This document shows, piece by piece, positions 9,593 to 17,669 of a DNA stretch of 32,000 nucleotides. The position numbers and the translations under genes are program-made. This DNA comes from Prochlorococcus marinus subsp. pastoris str. CCMP1986 (GTDB lineage: Bacteria; Cyanobacteriota; Cyanobacteriia; PCC-6307; Cyanobiaceae). The notes under the pieces are model-generated. The model did not search any database, was not told the DNA's origin, and saw only the letters and a program-made list of their open reading frames with translations. The stretch spans positions 330,001 through 362,000 of the forward strand of contig NC_005072.1 in NCBI RefSeq assembly GCF_000011465.1, read 5' to 3'. Each line of letters opens with the position of its first letter. The first letter of the stretch is position 1.

Positions 9593-9781
9593 ATGCTTAC
9601 AACAAAAATTACTTATGCCCTATCAGATTGGATTAGAGAATGGCGAAAATGTAGAAAAGAAAATCCATCTCTTGATGATTGTATAAAGTTTACAGAATGG
9701 AAAATAGAAAATTATGAATTAACAGATAGTGATCGAATGATAATTGAGAGTATTTTACTTTATGAAACTGAAGAAACTTAA
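9593..9781 (+). CDS. small conserved protein, paralog of 29300..29485
   Basis: The 62-aa and 61-aa proteins align over their full length (WIREWRKCRKENPSLDDCIKFTEWK...ELTDSD versus WIQNWKKTYKENPKLNECITWFEWK...ELTSSD). Confidence 0.55.
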   Translation: MLTTKITYALSDWIREWRKCRKENPSLDDCIKFTEWKIENYELTDSDRMIIESILLYETEET

Positions 9782-9899
9782 AACTTTTATCAATCTCATT
9801 TTTCATAAAATTTTTATTATTAAAAGTATCTTAAAACTTTCTAAATATTTTATAAAAAATTAAGCATTTTAATTCTCGTATGTATCCATAAAAAAGTAA

Positions 9900-10000
9900 A
9901 TCGGCATATTTACCGATTTACTAAAAATCTAAAAAGTATTAATTTATAAATGTTGAGTTAGGAGGCAATCTAAATGATTGATAGTCCGCCTGAAATTTAG
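9900..10000 (+). repeat. repeat unit copy 1: ATCGG/CCGAT hairpin, about 55-nt spacer, GGAGG, mini-ORF MIDSPPEI
   Basis: Hairpin 9900-9917, GGAGG 9961-9965, ATGATTGATAGTCCGCCTGAAATTTAG 9974-10000. A homologous unit with the same spacing (76 versus 75 nt) lies on the minus strand at 28692-28806. Confidence 0.5.
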
Positions 10001-10249
10001 CAAATTTACAAATATAGGAAGCGTATTCCTGACAATGGGATTTCTCGAAAAGTAAAGTTCAATCAATTAGTCTGATAAGACTTCGCTCTATAATTACCAG
10101 CGACAAAAGGGACTAAACTTAGCGACAAGAATCCCCTAACCCACGTATTTAAAGCTTATGTGTAAATAAACTTTATATATGTATTATAAATCCTGAAAGT
10201 GGGAAATAAAAAATTTAAAAGAGGACTGTTATTTCAGGCCTCTTTTTTT
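10001..10249 (+). ncRNA. candidate structured RNA / long 3' segment ending at a terminator
   Basis: This non-coding stretch is visibly richer in G/C than its flanks. Local hairpins: AGGAA/TTCCT, AGTCT/AGACT, TCGCT/AGCGA. A long-range GGGATT (10046-10051) pairs with AATCCC (10129-10134). It ends at the 10219-10249 terminator. No sustained ORF on either strand. Confidence 0.3.
10219..10249 (+). terminator. Rho-independent terminator
   Basis: GAGGACT...AGGCCTC stem followed by a T7 run. It lies inside the GTG-extended pip ORF but upstream of the ATG at 10325. Confidence 0.55.
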
Positions 10250-10324
10250 ACTGATTTATATAATTTTAAATGTTTATTATTAGTTAATATTAATTTTCAA
10301 TTTGAAATAAATTATATTTGTAAA

Positions 10325-11272
10325 ATGAAAGAAAATTTATTCCCATCCATCGAACCAAGAGAAAAGGGTTTTTTACAAGTAAGTAAGATTCATTCTATTT
10401 ATTGGGAAAGATCTGGAAATCCAAAAGGTAAAAAGATATTAGTAATTCATGGTGGCCCTGGAGGAGGAAGTCAGCCAAGATATAGGCGATATTTTAATCC
10501 TGAAAAATTTGATATTGTTCAATTTGATCAAAGAGGCTGCGGTTATTCAAGACCTTTTTCAGAATTAAGAGAAAATACAACAGGCGACTTAGTAAATGAT
10601 ATTGAAAAATTAAGAGTAAATTTGAAAATAGATTATTGGCATTTGTTTGGGGGTTCATGGGGTTCTACTCTAGCTTTAATTTATGCAATTAAAAATCCAT
10701 CAAGAGTCTTAAGTATGACCTTAAGAGGAATATTTTTATGTAGAAAATTTGAACTCTTATGGTTTTATCAATATGGCGCAAGTGAGATATTTCCTGAAGA
10801 GTTTGAAAAATATATTGCAGTAATTCCTAAGGATGAAAGGGTTGACTTGATAGTTTCTTTTTACAAATATCTAACCTCCCCAGATATTGAACTTAGATCA
10901 AAAGCTGCTGCTGCCTGGACAAATTGGGAACTTTCCACAAGCCATCTTATAAAAAGAGATATTGATGTTGGTAAAAGTAAAATTAATTCCTTTTCAGATG
11001 CTTTTGCAAGAATAGAGTGTCATTATTTTATAAATAAGATCTTCCTAGAAGAAAATTTTATTTTGAAAAATGCAAAGATTATAGAATCCATACCAACTAA
11101 AATAATTCAGGGTAGATATGACGTAGTTTGTCCTGTAAGGAGTGCTTGGGACCTTAGTAGAAAATTAATAAATTCAGAGTTAATAATCGTAGATGATGCT
11201 GGTCATTCAATGAGCGAAAAAGGCATCACATTAAAATTATTAGATTCAGTTGAAAGATTAGAAAGTTTTTAG
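10325..11272 (+). CDS. pip: proline iminopeptidase (prolyl aminopeptidase, S33 alpha/beta hydrolase)
   Basis: HGGPGGG, FDQRGCGYS and GGSWGSTLAL (nucleophile elbow GxSxG) are classic Pip motifs. The start is set at MKENLFPSIEP because the upstream GTG extension contains a terminator. Confidence 0.85.
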   Translation: MKENLFPSIEPREKGFLQVSKIHSIYWERSGNPKGKKILVIHGGPGGGSQPRYRRYFNPEKFDIVQFDQRGCGYSRPFSELRENTTGDLVNDIEKLRVNLKIDYWHLFGGSWGSTLALIYAIKNPSRVLSMTLRGIFLCRKFELLWFYQYGASEIFPEEFEKYIAVIPKDERVDLIVSFYKYLTSPDIELRSKAAAAWTNWELSTSHLIKRDIDVGKSKINSFSDAFARIECHYFINKIFLEENFILKNAKIIESIPTKIIQGRYDVVCPVRSAWDLSRKLINSELIIVDDAGHSMSEKGITLKLLDSVERLESF

Positions 11273-11304
11273 GCAAATTTTATTAAAAATATATTTATAT
11301 AGCG

Positions 11305-11478
11305 TTATAGGCCATTATCTTCAATATTTTTAGCAATACTTCTTAGTAGCTCAACGATATCAGAGTCATCACATTCTGTATCCTCTTTAAGCAGAATACA
11401 TTCATCTCTAATGCTTACATTAGTACTCCACCAAATTCCTGAACTATTAGTATCGTCCCATTCAAATCTATCAGACAT
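11305..11478 (-). CDS. mini-ORF (57 aa, acidic)
   Basis: Hand translation: MSDRFEWDDTNSSGIWWSTNVSIRDECILLKEDTECDDSDIVELLRSIAKNIEDNGL. Composition is richer in G/C than the flanking spacer. Confidence 0.35.
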   Translation of the reverse strand: MSDRFEWDDTNSSGIWWSTNVSIRDECILLKEDTECDDSDIVELLRSIAKNIEDNGL

Positions 11479-11599
11479 TATTGCTAAAATTTAATTTATT
11501 TTATTATAAAAAAACTTTTTATTACCTATGACTTTTGATTAAATCTTTTTTTATTTAAAATAAATAAACTAATTATTTATCTAAGCAAAAATAAAATAA

Positions 11600-12223
11600 A
11601 TGCTTTTATCAAATACTTTATGGGAAAGTAATTATGAGCTTGCCTTATTAAGCTTAAAATCAAAATTTGTTCAAGGTCTCAAAACTGGAAACTTACCAAA
11701 AAATATATTTCAAGAATATGTAGCTCAAGATTATTACTTCTTAGAAAGTTTTTCTAGAGCATATGGTTTAGCAGTTTCTAAATCTAAAGTTAAAAATTCA
11801 ATAAAGGTTTTAAGTCAACTTTTAGTTGGGGTATCAGAGGAATTAATTCTTCATGAGACGTATGCAAAAGAATGGGAGATTGATTTGTCTACTAACTATA
11901 TAAGACCTGCTACAAAGAACTACACGGATTTCCTTTATGATGTTTCCTCAAAACTAAGTTCAGTTGAAATAATGTTTGCAATGACTCCTTGCATGCGTTT
12001 ATATTCTTGGATAGGAAAAAATTTATCGGATATGATTATAAATAATCCTTATAAAGAATGGATTCTTACTTACTCCGATGAAAGTTTTGATAATTTAGCA
12101 AAATCTCTTGAAAAAATAATTGATAATTACCAAGAACCATATGACATTAATCAGGCTCAGAATTTATATAAAAAAGCCATGGAACTGGAATTAGATTTTT
12201 TTAATGCCTATTCAAATTTCTAA
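11600..12223 (+). CDS. tenA: TenA/THI-4 family protein (thiaminase II-like, thiamine salvage)
   Basis: FQEYVAQDYYFLESFSRAY and overall helical TenA-like length. Immediately upstream of thiD. Confidence 0.75.
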   Translation: MLLSNTLWESNYELALLSLKSKFVQGLKTGNLPKNIFQEYVAQDYYFLESFSRAYGLAVSKSKVKNSIKVLSQLLVGVSEELILHETYAKEWEIDLSTNYIRPATKNYTDFLYDVSSKLSSVEIMFAMTPCMRLYSWIGKNLSDMIINNPYKEWILTYSDESFDNLAKSLEKIIDNYQEPYDINQAQNLYKKAMELELDFFNAYSNF

Positions 12224-12255
12224 TAAATCTAAGAAAGTTTTTAATTTAAAAAATT

Positions 12256-13044
12256 ATGTATTCTAATATTGCTCTTTCAATAGGTGGTAGTGATTCAGGA
12301 GGAGGTGCAGGGATTCAAGCTGATTTAAGAACTTTTATGGCGCTTAAAGTCCATGGATGTTCTGTGATCACATGTGTTACTGCTCAAAATAGTGTACAGG
12401 TAAAATGTGTAGAACCTCTAAAGAAGGATACTTTGACAAGCCAGATTGATACCTTATTTTCAGATTTTGATATCAAATCTTTAAAAACTGGAATGTTGCT
12501 AAACGATAGTATTATTAATGCAACAGCCCTAAAACTGAAATCTTTTTCTATTCCAAAGATTATTGACCCAGTAATGGTAAGTAGAACTGGTTCTAAATTA
12601 CTTGAGGATTCTGCAATTAATGCTTATAAAAAGTTACTTTTACCAATTGCTGATTTAGTAACTCCAAATATTTTTGAAGCAAATCTTCTGTCAAATTTGG
12701 ATATTAAAAATCAGGTAGATATAGAGCAATCTGCAAAAAGTATTATTAAACTCGGTGCTAAAGCAGTTTTAATCAAAGGTGGTGGATTGAAGGATATGAA
12801 AGGGAGGGACTTTTATCTTGATGTCAATGGAGGGAAAAAGTGGTTCATAAATAAATTTATTAATACTCAAAATACGCATTGTAGTGGATGTACTTTAAGT
12901 GCTGCAATTTGTGGCTATCAAGCATTAGGATTTGATCTTATCGAGTCAATTCAAAAATCAAAAATTTTTATTGAAAGATCCTTGAAGAACTCTTATCAAA
13001 TCGGATCAGGCCCAGGACCTCTTGGACATTACCAATCACTCTGA
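12256..13044 (+). CDS. thiD: hydroxymethylpyrimidine/phosphomethylpyrimidine kinase
   Basis: ALSIGGSDSGGGAGIQADLRTF and the C-terminal GCTLSAAI motif are typical of ThiD (ribokinase fold). Confidence 0.85.
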   Translation: MYSNIALSIGGSDSGGGAGIQADLRTFMALKVHGCSVITCVTAQNSVQVKCVEPLKKDTLTSQIDTLFSDFDIKSLKTGMLLNDSIINATALKLKSFSIPKIIDPVMVSRTGSKLLEDSAINAYKKLLLPIADLVTPNIFEANLLSNLDIKNQVDIEQSAKSIIKLGAKAVLIKGGGLKDMKGRDFYLDVNGGKKWFINKFINTQNTHCSGCTLSAAICGYQALGFDLIESIQKSKIFIERSLKNSYQIGSGPGPLGHYQSL

Positions 13045-13110
13045 AATAATTGATTTTAAAAAAATTTAAGAAAAGAATAAATTATTAAAATCTTTTATTT
13101 GAAAATCTTA

Positions 13111-13296
13111 TTAAAACCACCATTTTTTATTTTTATTTTTTAAAAATAAAATTTCTTCTGTTTCCCACCCACCTTCTAACCACTCAAGATGTTCTAGCAA
13201 TAAAGATTCGCTTTCTCCTTTTGTTAAATGACCTAGTCTATTTGCAATTCCATCAAATCTTACTTTCATTAACTCTTCGATTTTGATGTTATTCAC
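13111..13296 (-). CDS. hypothetical protein
   Basis: 61-aa ORF. No motif. Confidence 0.4.
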   Translation of the reverse strand: MNNIKIEELMKVRFDGIANRLGHLTKGESESLLLEHLEWLEGGWETEEILFLKNKNKKWWF

Positions 13297-13483
13297 AATT
13301 AAAACAGATAATTTTTATCTAAATAAACTTGATTGATTGTTAATGTCAATGAAATTATTCTTTTTTTATATTTTTAAATATGTAATTTGTATTAAATGCA
13401 ACTATTTTGTAGTGATAGTAATTAAGACTTATTCTCAAAGATTGTATTTCTAGGTATTTTAAAAAATAAATCAGAAATTTTTT

Positions 13484-13627
13484 ATGAAAAACCAAGAAAA
13501 AACAACTTCAAAAACAGTTGTTAATGTCGGTTATTGTGAGAGCACTTCTGAGTGGCTTAATAGGATAATGACTGAACTTGCAGATGAAAGTAAGAATTTT
13601 GTGGATCTATCAGTTTTGTGCGCATAA
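13484..13627 (+). CDS. mini-ORF (47 aa)
   Basis: Hand translation: MKNQEKTTSKTVVNVGYCESTSEWLNRIMTELADESKNFVDLSVLCA. Followed 27 nt later by a terminator. Confidence 0.3.
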   Translation: MKNQEKTTSKTVVNVGYCESTSEWLNRIMTELADESKNFVDLSVLCA

Positions 13628-13653
13628 ATTAAATTATTGAAAGTCAATCGCTT

Positions 13654-13677
13654 AAGGCCTATTTAAGGCCTTTTTTT
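13654..13677 (+). terminator. Rho-independent terminator
   Basis: AAGGCC (13654-13659) pairs with GGCCTT (13667-13672), followed by a T-run. Confidence 0.55.
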
Positions 13678-14031
13678 ATTAGATAAACTTATATAAGTTA
13701 TTTGAAAGGCATATGGTTATGACTTTTTATCGGTATATCTCGTGACAATAAATATATTTCAAAATAATTAATTTATTAAAAAATCCTTCCTTCTATGCGG
13801 CCTATCTCAGAGAAACTTTATAAGAAATTAGTTAAAGCTTCCAAAAAATGAATAGATTACTTCTTTACTTTTCAGCTCTATATTTTGGAGCAAATATCGG
13901 AAAAACTATTGCAAGTGATAGTTTTACATATTATTTAATGATTTCTAATTAATCTTTTTTTTTTTCTTGGAAATTTTTAAGCATTTCTTTTTGACTATAA
14001 AATATTGAAGTAATCTTAAAAAACTCTCAAA

Positions 14032-14496
14032 GTGCATTTAGATAAAAGTAGTTCTGAAATCATAAATAAATTTAAATTATCTCCTCACCCTGAGGGAGGA
14101 TGGTTTAGAGAAATCATACGAAGTAAAAATCATGTAACCAGAAATGATGGTCAAAAAAGAAATAATATTACTAGCATTTACTATCTACTTTGTAAAAGTG
14201 AGAGAAGTAAATGGCATCGAGTAAATTCTTCCGATGAGATATGGATTTATCTTCAAGGGGCACCCCTTAATTTATATTTTCTCGATGATAATAAAGAATT
14301 AAGAAATATTAGATTAGATTTAAATAATCCTATTGAAATGATCCCCTCTGGATATTGGCAGGCTGCTAGCAGTACAGGAGAATTTACACTCACAAGTTGT
14401 TGTGTTGGCCCAGGGTTTGATTTTAATGATTTTCAAATGCTAAGAAATATAGATCCTTCTCTAAGACCAGCCAAGGCTATTAAAGAACTAATTTAA
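14032..14496 (+). CDS. cupin superfamily protein, DUF985-like
   Basis: LSPHPEGGWFREIIRS is the remembered DUF985 N-terminal signature. GTG start. Confidence 0.7.
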   Translation: MHLDKSSSEIINKFKLSPHPEGGWFREIIRSKNHVTRNDGQKRNNITSIYYLLCKSERSKWHRVNSSDEIWIYLQGAPLNLYFLDDNKELRNIRLDLNNPIEMIPSGYWQAASSTGEFTLTSCCVGPGFDFNDFQMLRNIDPSLRPAKAIKELI

Positions 14497-14517
14497 TTTT
14501 TAAAATTTTTTTATAAT

Positions 14518-14904
14518 ATGATTGAAATGAATCATGATCTTATTAATACAATCGGCATAAAGCAGATAGCAAGAGAAGAAGCCCATCTTTACCAGGTGAG
14601 TGATGTTCAAGGATTAATTGATACTCTTGATAAGGATATTTCTGAATGGTCTGATTTTGATTGTTGGGAAAATATACGAGTTCAGCAATGGATTTTTGAG
14701 AGAGCTATGGATATTTATAAAGGTAAGAAAATTGATATTAAATGTAATTGTTGTGAATACAATTACATAAGTCAAAGAGACTTAGTAAAAAGTTCAAATA
14801 AAAAATGTTACGGGATAAAAAGTGCTTATATGATCGAAAAGGTTTTCCATGAAATTACATTAGCTGAAGCTAGAAGAGAAAGTGATGGTACATATTCAGC
14901 ATAG
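14518..14904 (+). CDS. hypothetical protein
   Basis: 128-aa ORF, 22 nt after the previous gene. Contains a CNCCEYN cysteine cluster. No family recognised. Confidence 0.45.
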   Translation: MIEMNHDLINTIGIKQIAREEAHLYQVSDVQGLIDTLDKDISEWSDFDCWENIRVQQWIFERAMDIYKGKKIDIKCNCCEYNYISQRDLVKSSNKKCYGIKSAYMIEKVFHEITLAEARRESDGTYSA

Positions 14905-14968
14905 AGTTGTTAAAAATTTACCTTTCTAAGATTAATAAGTGAAACTAAGCTATTAGTTCATAGACTTT

Positions 14969-15265
14969 ATGAAGATTATGGATAATTTTGATGATGATCT
15001 TTCTTTAAAACAAAAAGAATTTGTAGAGCCTATAGATAAAGCTACAAATAAAGATTTATTTGAAAAAAAAGATGAATTTAAAGAGGCAACTCCAAAAGTT
15101 CTTCATCTTAATTCACTTATTACAAAAAATATTTATCTTTTTACAAAAGATCCAAACTATAAATTGTTTGCCTGGCTAATGGTTCAGCTATTTATATTTT
15201 CATTATTTGTTTTGGTGGCGACATTAATGAAAAATAATCTTGTCCCCTATATTAATTCTCTTTAA
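14969..15265 (+). CDS. hypothetical protein with C-terminal TM helix
   Basis: 98-aa ORF with a charged N-terminal half, then LFAWLMVQLFIFSLFVLVATL. Confidence 0.4.
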   Translation: MKIMDNFDDDLSLKQKEFVEPIDKATNKDLFEKKDEFKEATPKVLHLNSLITKNIYLFTKDPNYKLFAWLMVQLFIFSLFVLVATLMKNNLVPYINSL

Positions 15266-15389
15266 AGATTTAGACTGAGTTATATTTCTTATTTTTTTTA
15301 TTCATTAATTATTATTTTGAATTGGTGATATAATCAAATCATTCCACTTATGGATCTATAATCACATATAGTCACTTTTAATATTAGAA

Positions 15390-15821
15390 TTGAATAATAT
15401 ATATAGGTATGAAAAAGATATGACCCAAGCAAAATTGGAGGGTTTATTAAAAATAGATAACGAATCATATAACCTTTTACGAGTCCTCACAATGTTCATG
15501 AAGTTAGATAATTCTCAGGACGTTCCTCTTCAGGCAATGGCAGTATTTTGGTACGTAGCAACCTATCAAAATTGTACTAAGAAGGATATTGAAAAATACT
15601 TCGATATGAGTAAAGCTAGTGCTTCAAGGATGACGGACTATATAAGTCGATATCATAGGCTAGGTAAGGCAGGCTTAGGTCTAGTTTCTAAAGAACAAGA
15701 TCCAAAAGATAAAAGAAGAACACTTTTGAAACTTACAAGGAAAGGTAAAGATCTAATTGAAAAGTCTTTTAATACTCTCTATGAGGATATGAAAAGTTTT
15801 GAAGCTGAATTTGAAGAATAA
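15390..15821 (+). CDS. MarR-like winged-helix transcriptional regulator
   Basis: KKDIEKYFDMSKASASRMTDYI (HTH) followed by DPKDKRRTLLKLTRKGKDLIE (the DPxDxR...LTxxG wing) matches MarR architecture. TTG start; alternative ATG at 15420. Confidence 0.6.
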   Translation: MNNIYRYEKDMTQAKLEGLLKIDNESYNLLRVLTMFMKLDNSQDVPLQAMAVFWYVATYQNCTKKDIEKYFDMSKASASRMTDYISRYHRLGKAGLGLVSKEQDPKDKRRTLLKLTRKGKDLIEKSFNTLYEDMKSFEAEFEE

Positions 15822-15975
15822 ATACTTGCAGCTCTTTTGATTCCTTAGCTATTGGAAACTTTTAAAACATTTAAACTTGCTCTGAAACACAAATAACAGG
15901 TTATCCTTTTTCTTAATAGAAAATAACAACTTAGTAGTTACTCCATAGACTTTCTTAGAAGTTAGAATTTAATAA

Positions 15976-16263
15976 TTCATTAATTCATTATCACCAGCAA
16001 AAACAGCAATTGAGGAATATAGAGAAAAGTTAGAAAAGATTTACCAACAATTAAATGAAGAAGAAGATCCCCTTTTAAAAAAATGGTATTAATCACTTAT
16101 TCCTAAGGCGATATTATTATTTCCTGTAGTTGCTTTTGGTCTTACATTTTTAAAAGTAAATACTGATAAATCAATATTAGATTTACTCTCTTTTGCTGCA
16201 GTTGGTAGTTTATTAGTTTTTGGAGGTATTTTTTTGAATTATTTCTTATCTAAACGAAGATAA
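15976..16263 (+). pseudogene. possible decayed gene: one reading frame interrupted by a single in-frame TAA and lacking an ATG
   Basis: Same frame reads FINSLSPAKTAIEEYREKLEKIYQQLNEEEDPLLKKWY, then TAA (16090-16092), then SLIPKAILLFPVVAFGLTFLKVNTDKSILDLLSFAAVGSLLVFGGIFLNYFLSKRR. That is a soluble helix plus two TM helices, with no canonical start in either half. Confidence 0.35.
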
Positions 16264-16644
16264 TTGAAGCATTTAGTCAAATAAAAATCTTAAATATTAA
16301 AAAATTGATTTAGCTCTATTAGCTCTGCGGATTGTTTTTTTTAAAATATGATTTTTTATGGAAAGGTCAGAAATCGCATAGAGAGTTAAAAAGAAAACTG
16401 CTTTTGCAAAAATTGAAATTTGCATAATAAAAATAAACTTATTTATATAGAACCAAATCGCTAAATATAAGCAAGTCCTTAAAGACCTCAAAATCGTCAA
16501 GAAATAATTAATTAACAGTCCAATAAGAATAAAGAGGCAATTTACTTTTCTCCGATAATCTTTTTATTTGTAGATTATCTATATTAGAAATTATTAACAA
16601 AATTATTTTTAGTAATTAATACTCTAGATATTTAATACCTTCCC

Positions 16645-16729
16645 CAAGTAATGTAATAATATCAGAAACTCCTCACACACTAATTTCTGATAATCAGGCA
16701 CCCTTATCTCTAAATTAGGGTGTTTTTTA
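16645..16729 (+). ncRNA. yfr1-like: Yfr1-like sRNA (carries ACUCCUCACAC). 5' end uncertain
   Basis: ACTCCTCACAC at 16668-16678 is identical to the ultraconserved Yfr1 motif as I recall it. It can sit in the loop of ATCAGAAA/TTTCTGAT (16661-16691). Terminator CACCCT...AGGGTG plus T6 at 16699-16728. Confidence 0.6.
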
Positions 16730-16759
16730 TTGACATAAAAACATAAAGTCATAACTGGC

Positions 16760-16921
16760 ACATGTGACAATTAAATTACTTTTCTCATCCCCTTCCGGTT
16801 TAGGAGAATGTATGGCATATTAAAAAGGTGTGTAGGAGAGGTTTTACTGAAACAGTGGAAACAAGGAAACACTTGATTTAGTTAAACCAAGGAAAGACCT
16901 CTATTAGGGGTCTTTTTTTTT
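16760..16921 (+). ncRNA. Yfr2-family-like sRNA candidate. 5' end uncertain
   Basis: GGTGTGTAGGAGAGG (16827-16841) is near-complementary to the CTCCTCACACAC of the neighbour. Repeated GGAAACA units lie at 16857-16872. A strong terminator AGACCTC/GGGGTCT plus T9 lies at 16895-16921. TTGACA at 16730-16735 is a possible -35. Confidence 0.45.
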
Positions 16922-16953
16922 ATGCTTCAAAATAGATTGAATATTAAATTATT

Positions 16954-17136
16954 TTATTGGTGAAAATTATTAGAGGAGCCAATGGTTAAATTCTGAGTTG
17001 AAATCTTATAGAACTTCTCATGTACTGAATCACTAAATTCCTTTTCATTTGAATAATTCATTAGGTCCAGCGGTTCAATATTTTCGTCGAACCATTCGTC
17101 ATATTCAATATTATTAGGTTCAGCAAAATAAGTCAT
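16954..17136 (-). CDS. hypothetical acidic protein
   Basis: 60-aa ORF with an ATG start. Confidence 0.4.
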   Translation of the reverse strand: MTYFAEPNNIEYDEWFDENIEPLDLMNYSNEKEFSDSVHEKFYKISTQNLTIGSSNNFHQ

Positions 17137-17295
17137 ATTTAATTATTAGCTATCAAAAAATATGTAAACGGTACATGCTATACAAAATTAAAGATTAATT
17201 AATAGAAAGGAAATTGAAAAATCTAAATTCAGAGACAAATTAAGTGCTTCCTTAATTATTGGTTTTAAATTAGTAATTACACAACTATTTTTTAT

Positions 17296-17616
17296 ATGGC
17301 TCATTATCATGTTCATGGATTAATTCCTGATGGAATCTCTCAATCTGAAGGTTACAAAATGTTTGAGCAATATATTGCTTCCGGTTCACCAATGGATAAC
17401 TTTGAAGGATTTGAATTAATAAGTAGACTTCATGCCCCTGAAACCGGAGAAGTCTTTGTGACTTTCAAAGCTGATAATCACTTAGCAATATCTGAACATT
17501 TCGGAGTATGGAGAGCAAAATTTGGCCTCGAATGGAATATCACTGCTGTTTTAAATGATGAAGAAGTCATTCAAAGAAATAAGCAGGTTGCAGATGCTGT
17601 TGCTGCGATGGGATAA
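17296..17616 (+). CDS. DUF3303-like protein (paralog 1 of 4)
   Basis: Aligns with 19383..19691 (SGSPMDNFEGFELISRLHAP versus EGSPYDSFEGFKVLNRVLNP; ...TAVLNDEE versus TPVLTDEE) and more distantly with 28218..28490. Confidence 0.6.
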   Translation: MAHYHVHGLIPDGISQSEGYKMFEQYIASGSPMDNFEGFELISRLHAPETGEVFVTFKADNHLAISEHFGVWRAKFGLEWNITAVLNDEEVIQRNKQVADAVAAMG

Positions 17617-17624
17617 TTTAATTG

Positions 17625-17640
17625 ATTGACAGTCGATCTA
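17625..17640 (+). repeat. 16-nt element ATTGACAGTCGATCTA, copy A
   Basis: Exact match to the reverse complement of four copies at 28196, 28575, 29640 and 30002. Starts 8 nt after the stop codon of the DUF3303-like gene. Confidence 0.9.
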
Positions 17641-17644
17641 TATT

Positions 17645-17669
17645 AGAGGGTTATAACCCTCTTTTTTTT
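17645..17669 (+). terminator. Rho-independent terminator
   Basis: AGAGGGTTATAACCCTCT palindrome followed by T8, directly after repeat copy A. Confidence 0.65.

Noticed and set aside
10199-10324. GTG-initiated N-terminal extension of pip (357 aa form)
   Set aside because: The extension contains a stem plus T7 terminator (10219-10249) and translates to hydrophobic AT-rich filler. Pip homology starts at MKENLFP (10325).
9950-11599. TPP (THI-box) riboswitch upstream of the pip/tenA-thiD region
   Set aside because: I looked for the CTGAGA...ACCTGATCTGGATAATGCCAGCG core. Only loose fragments exist (CCTGAC, TTACCAGCGA), in the wrong order and spacing. The tenA upstream spacer (11479-11599) is plain AT-rich DNA.
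16297-16500. 67-aa minus-strand ORF (TTG start) from the track
   Set aside because: It has a non-ATG start, no RBS, and hydrophobic Phe/Ile/Lys-rich translation of the kind AT-rich spacers produce by chance. I cannot support it. The same applies to 30641..30871 (+, TTG start).
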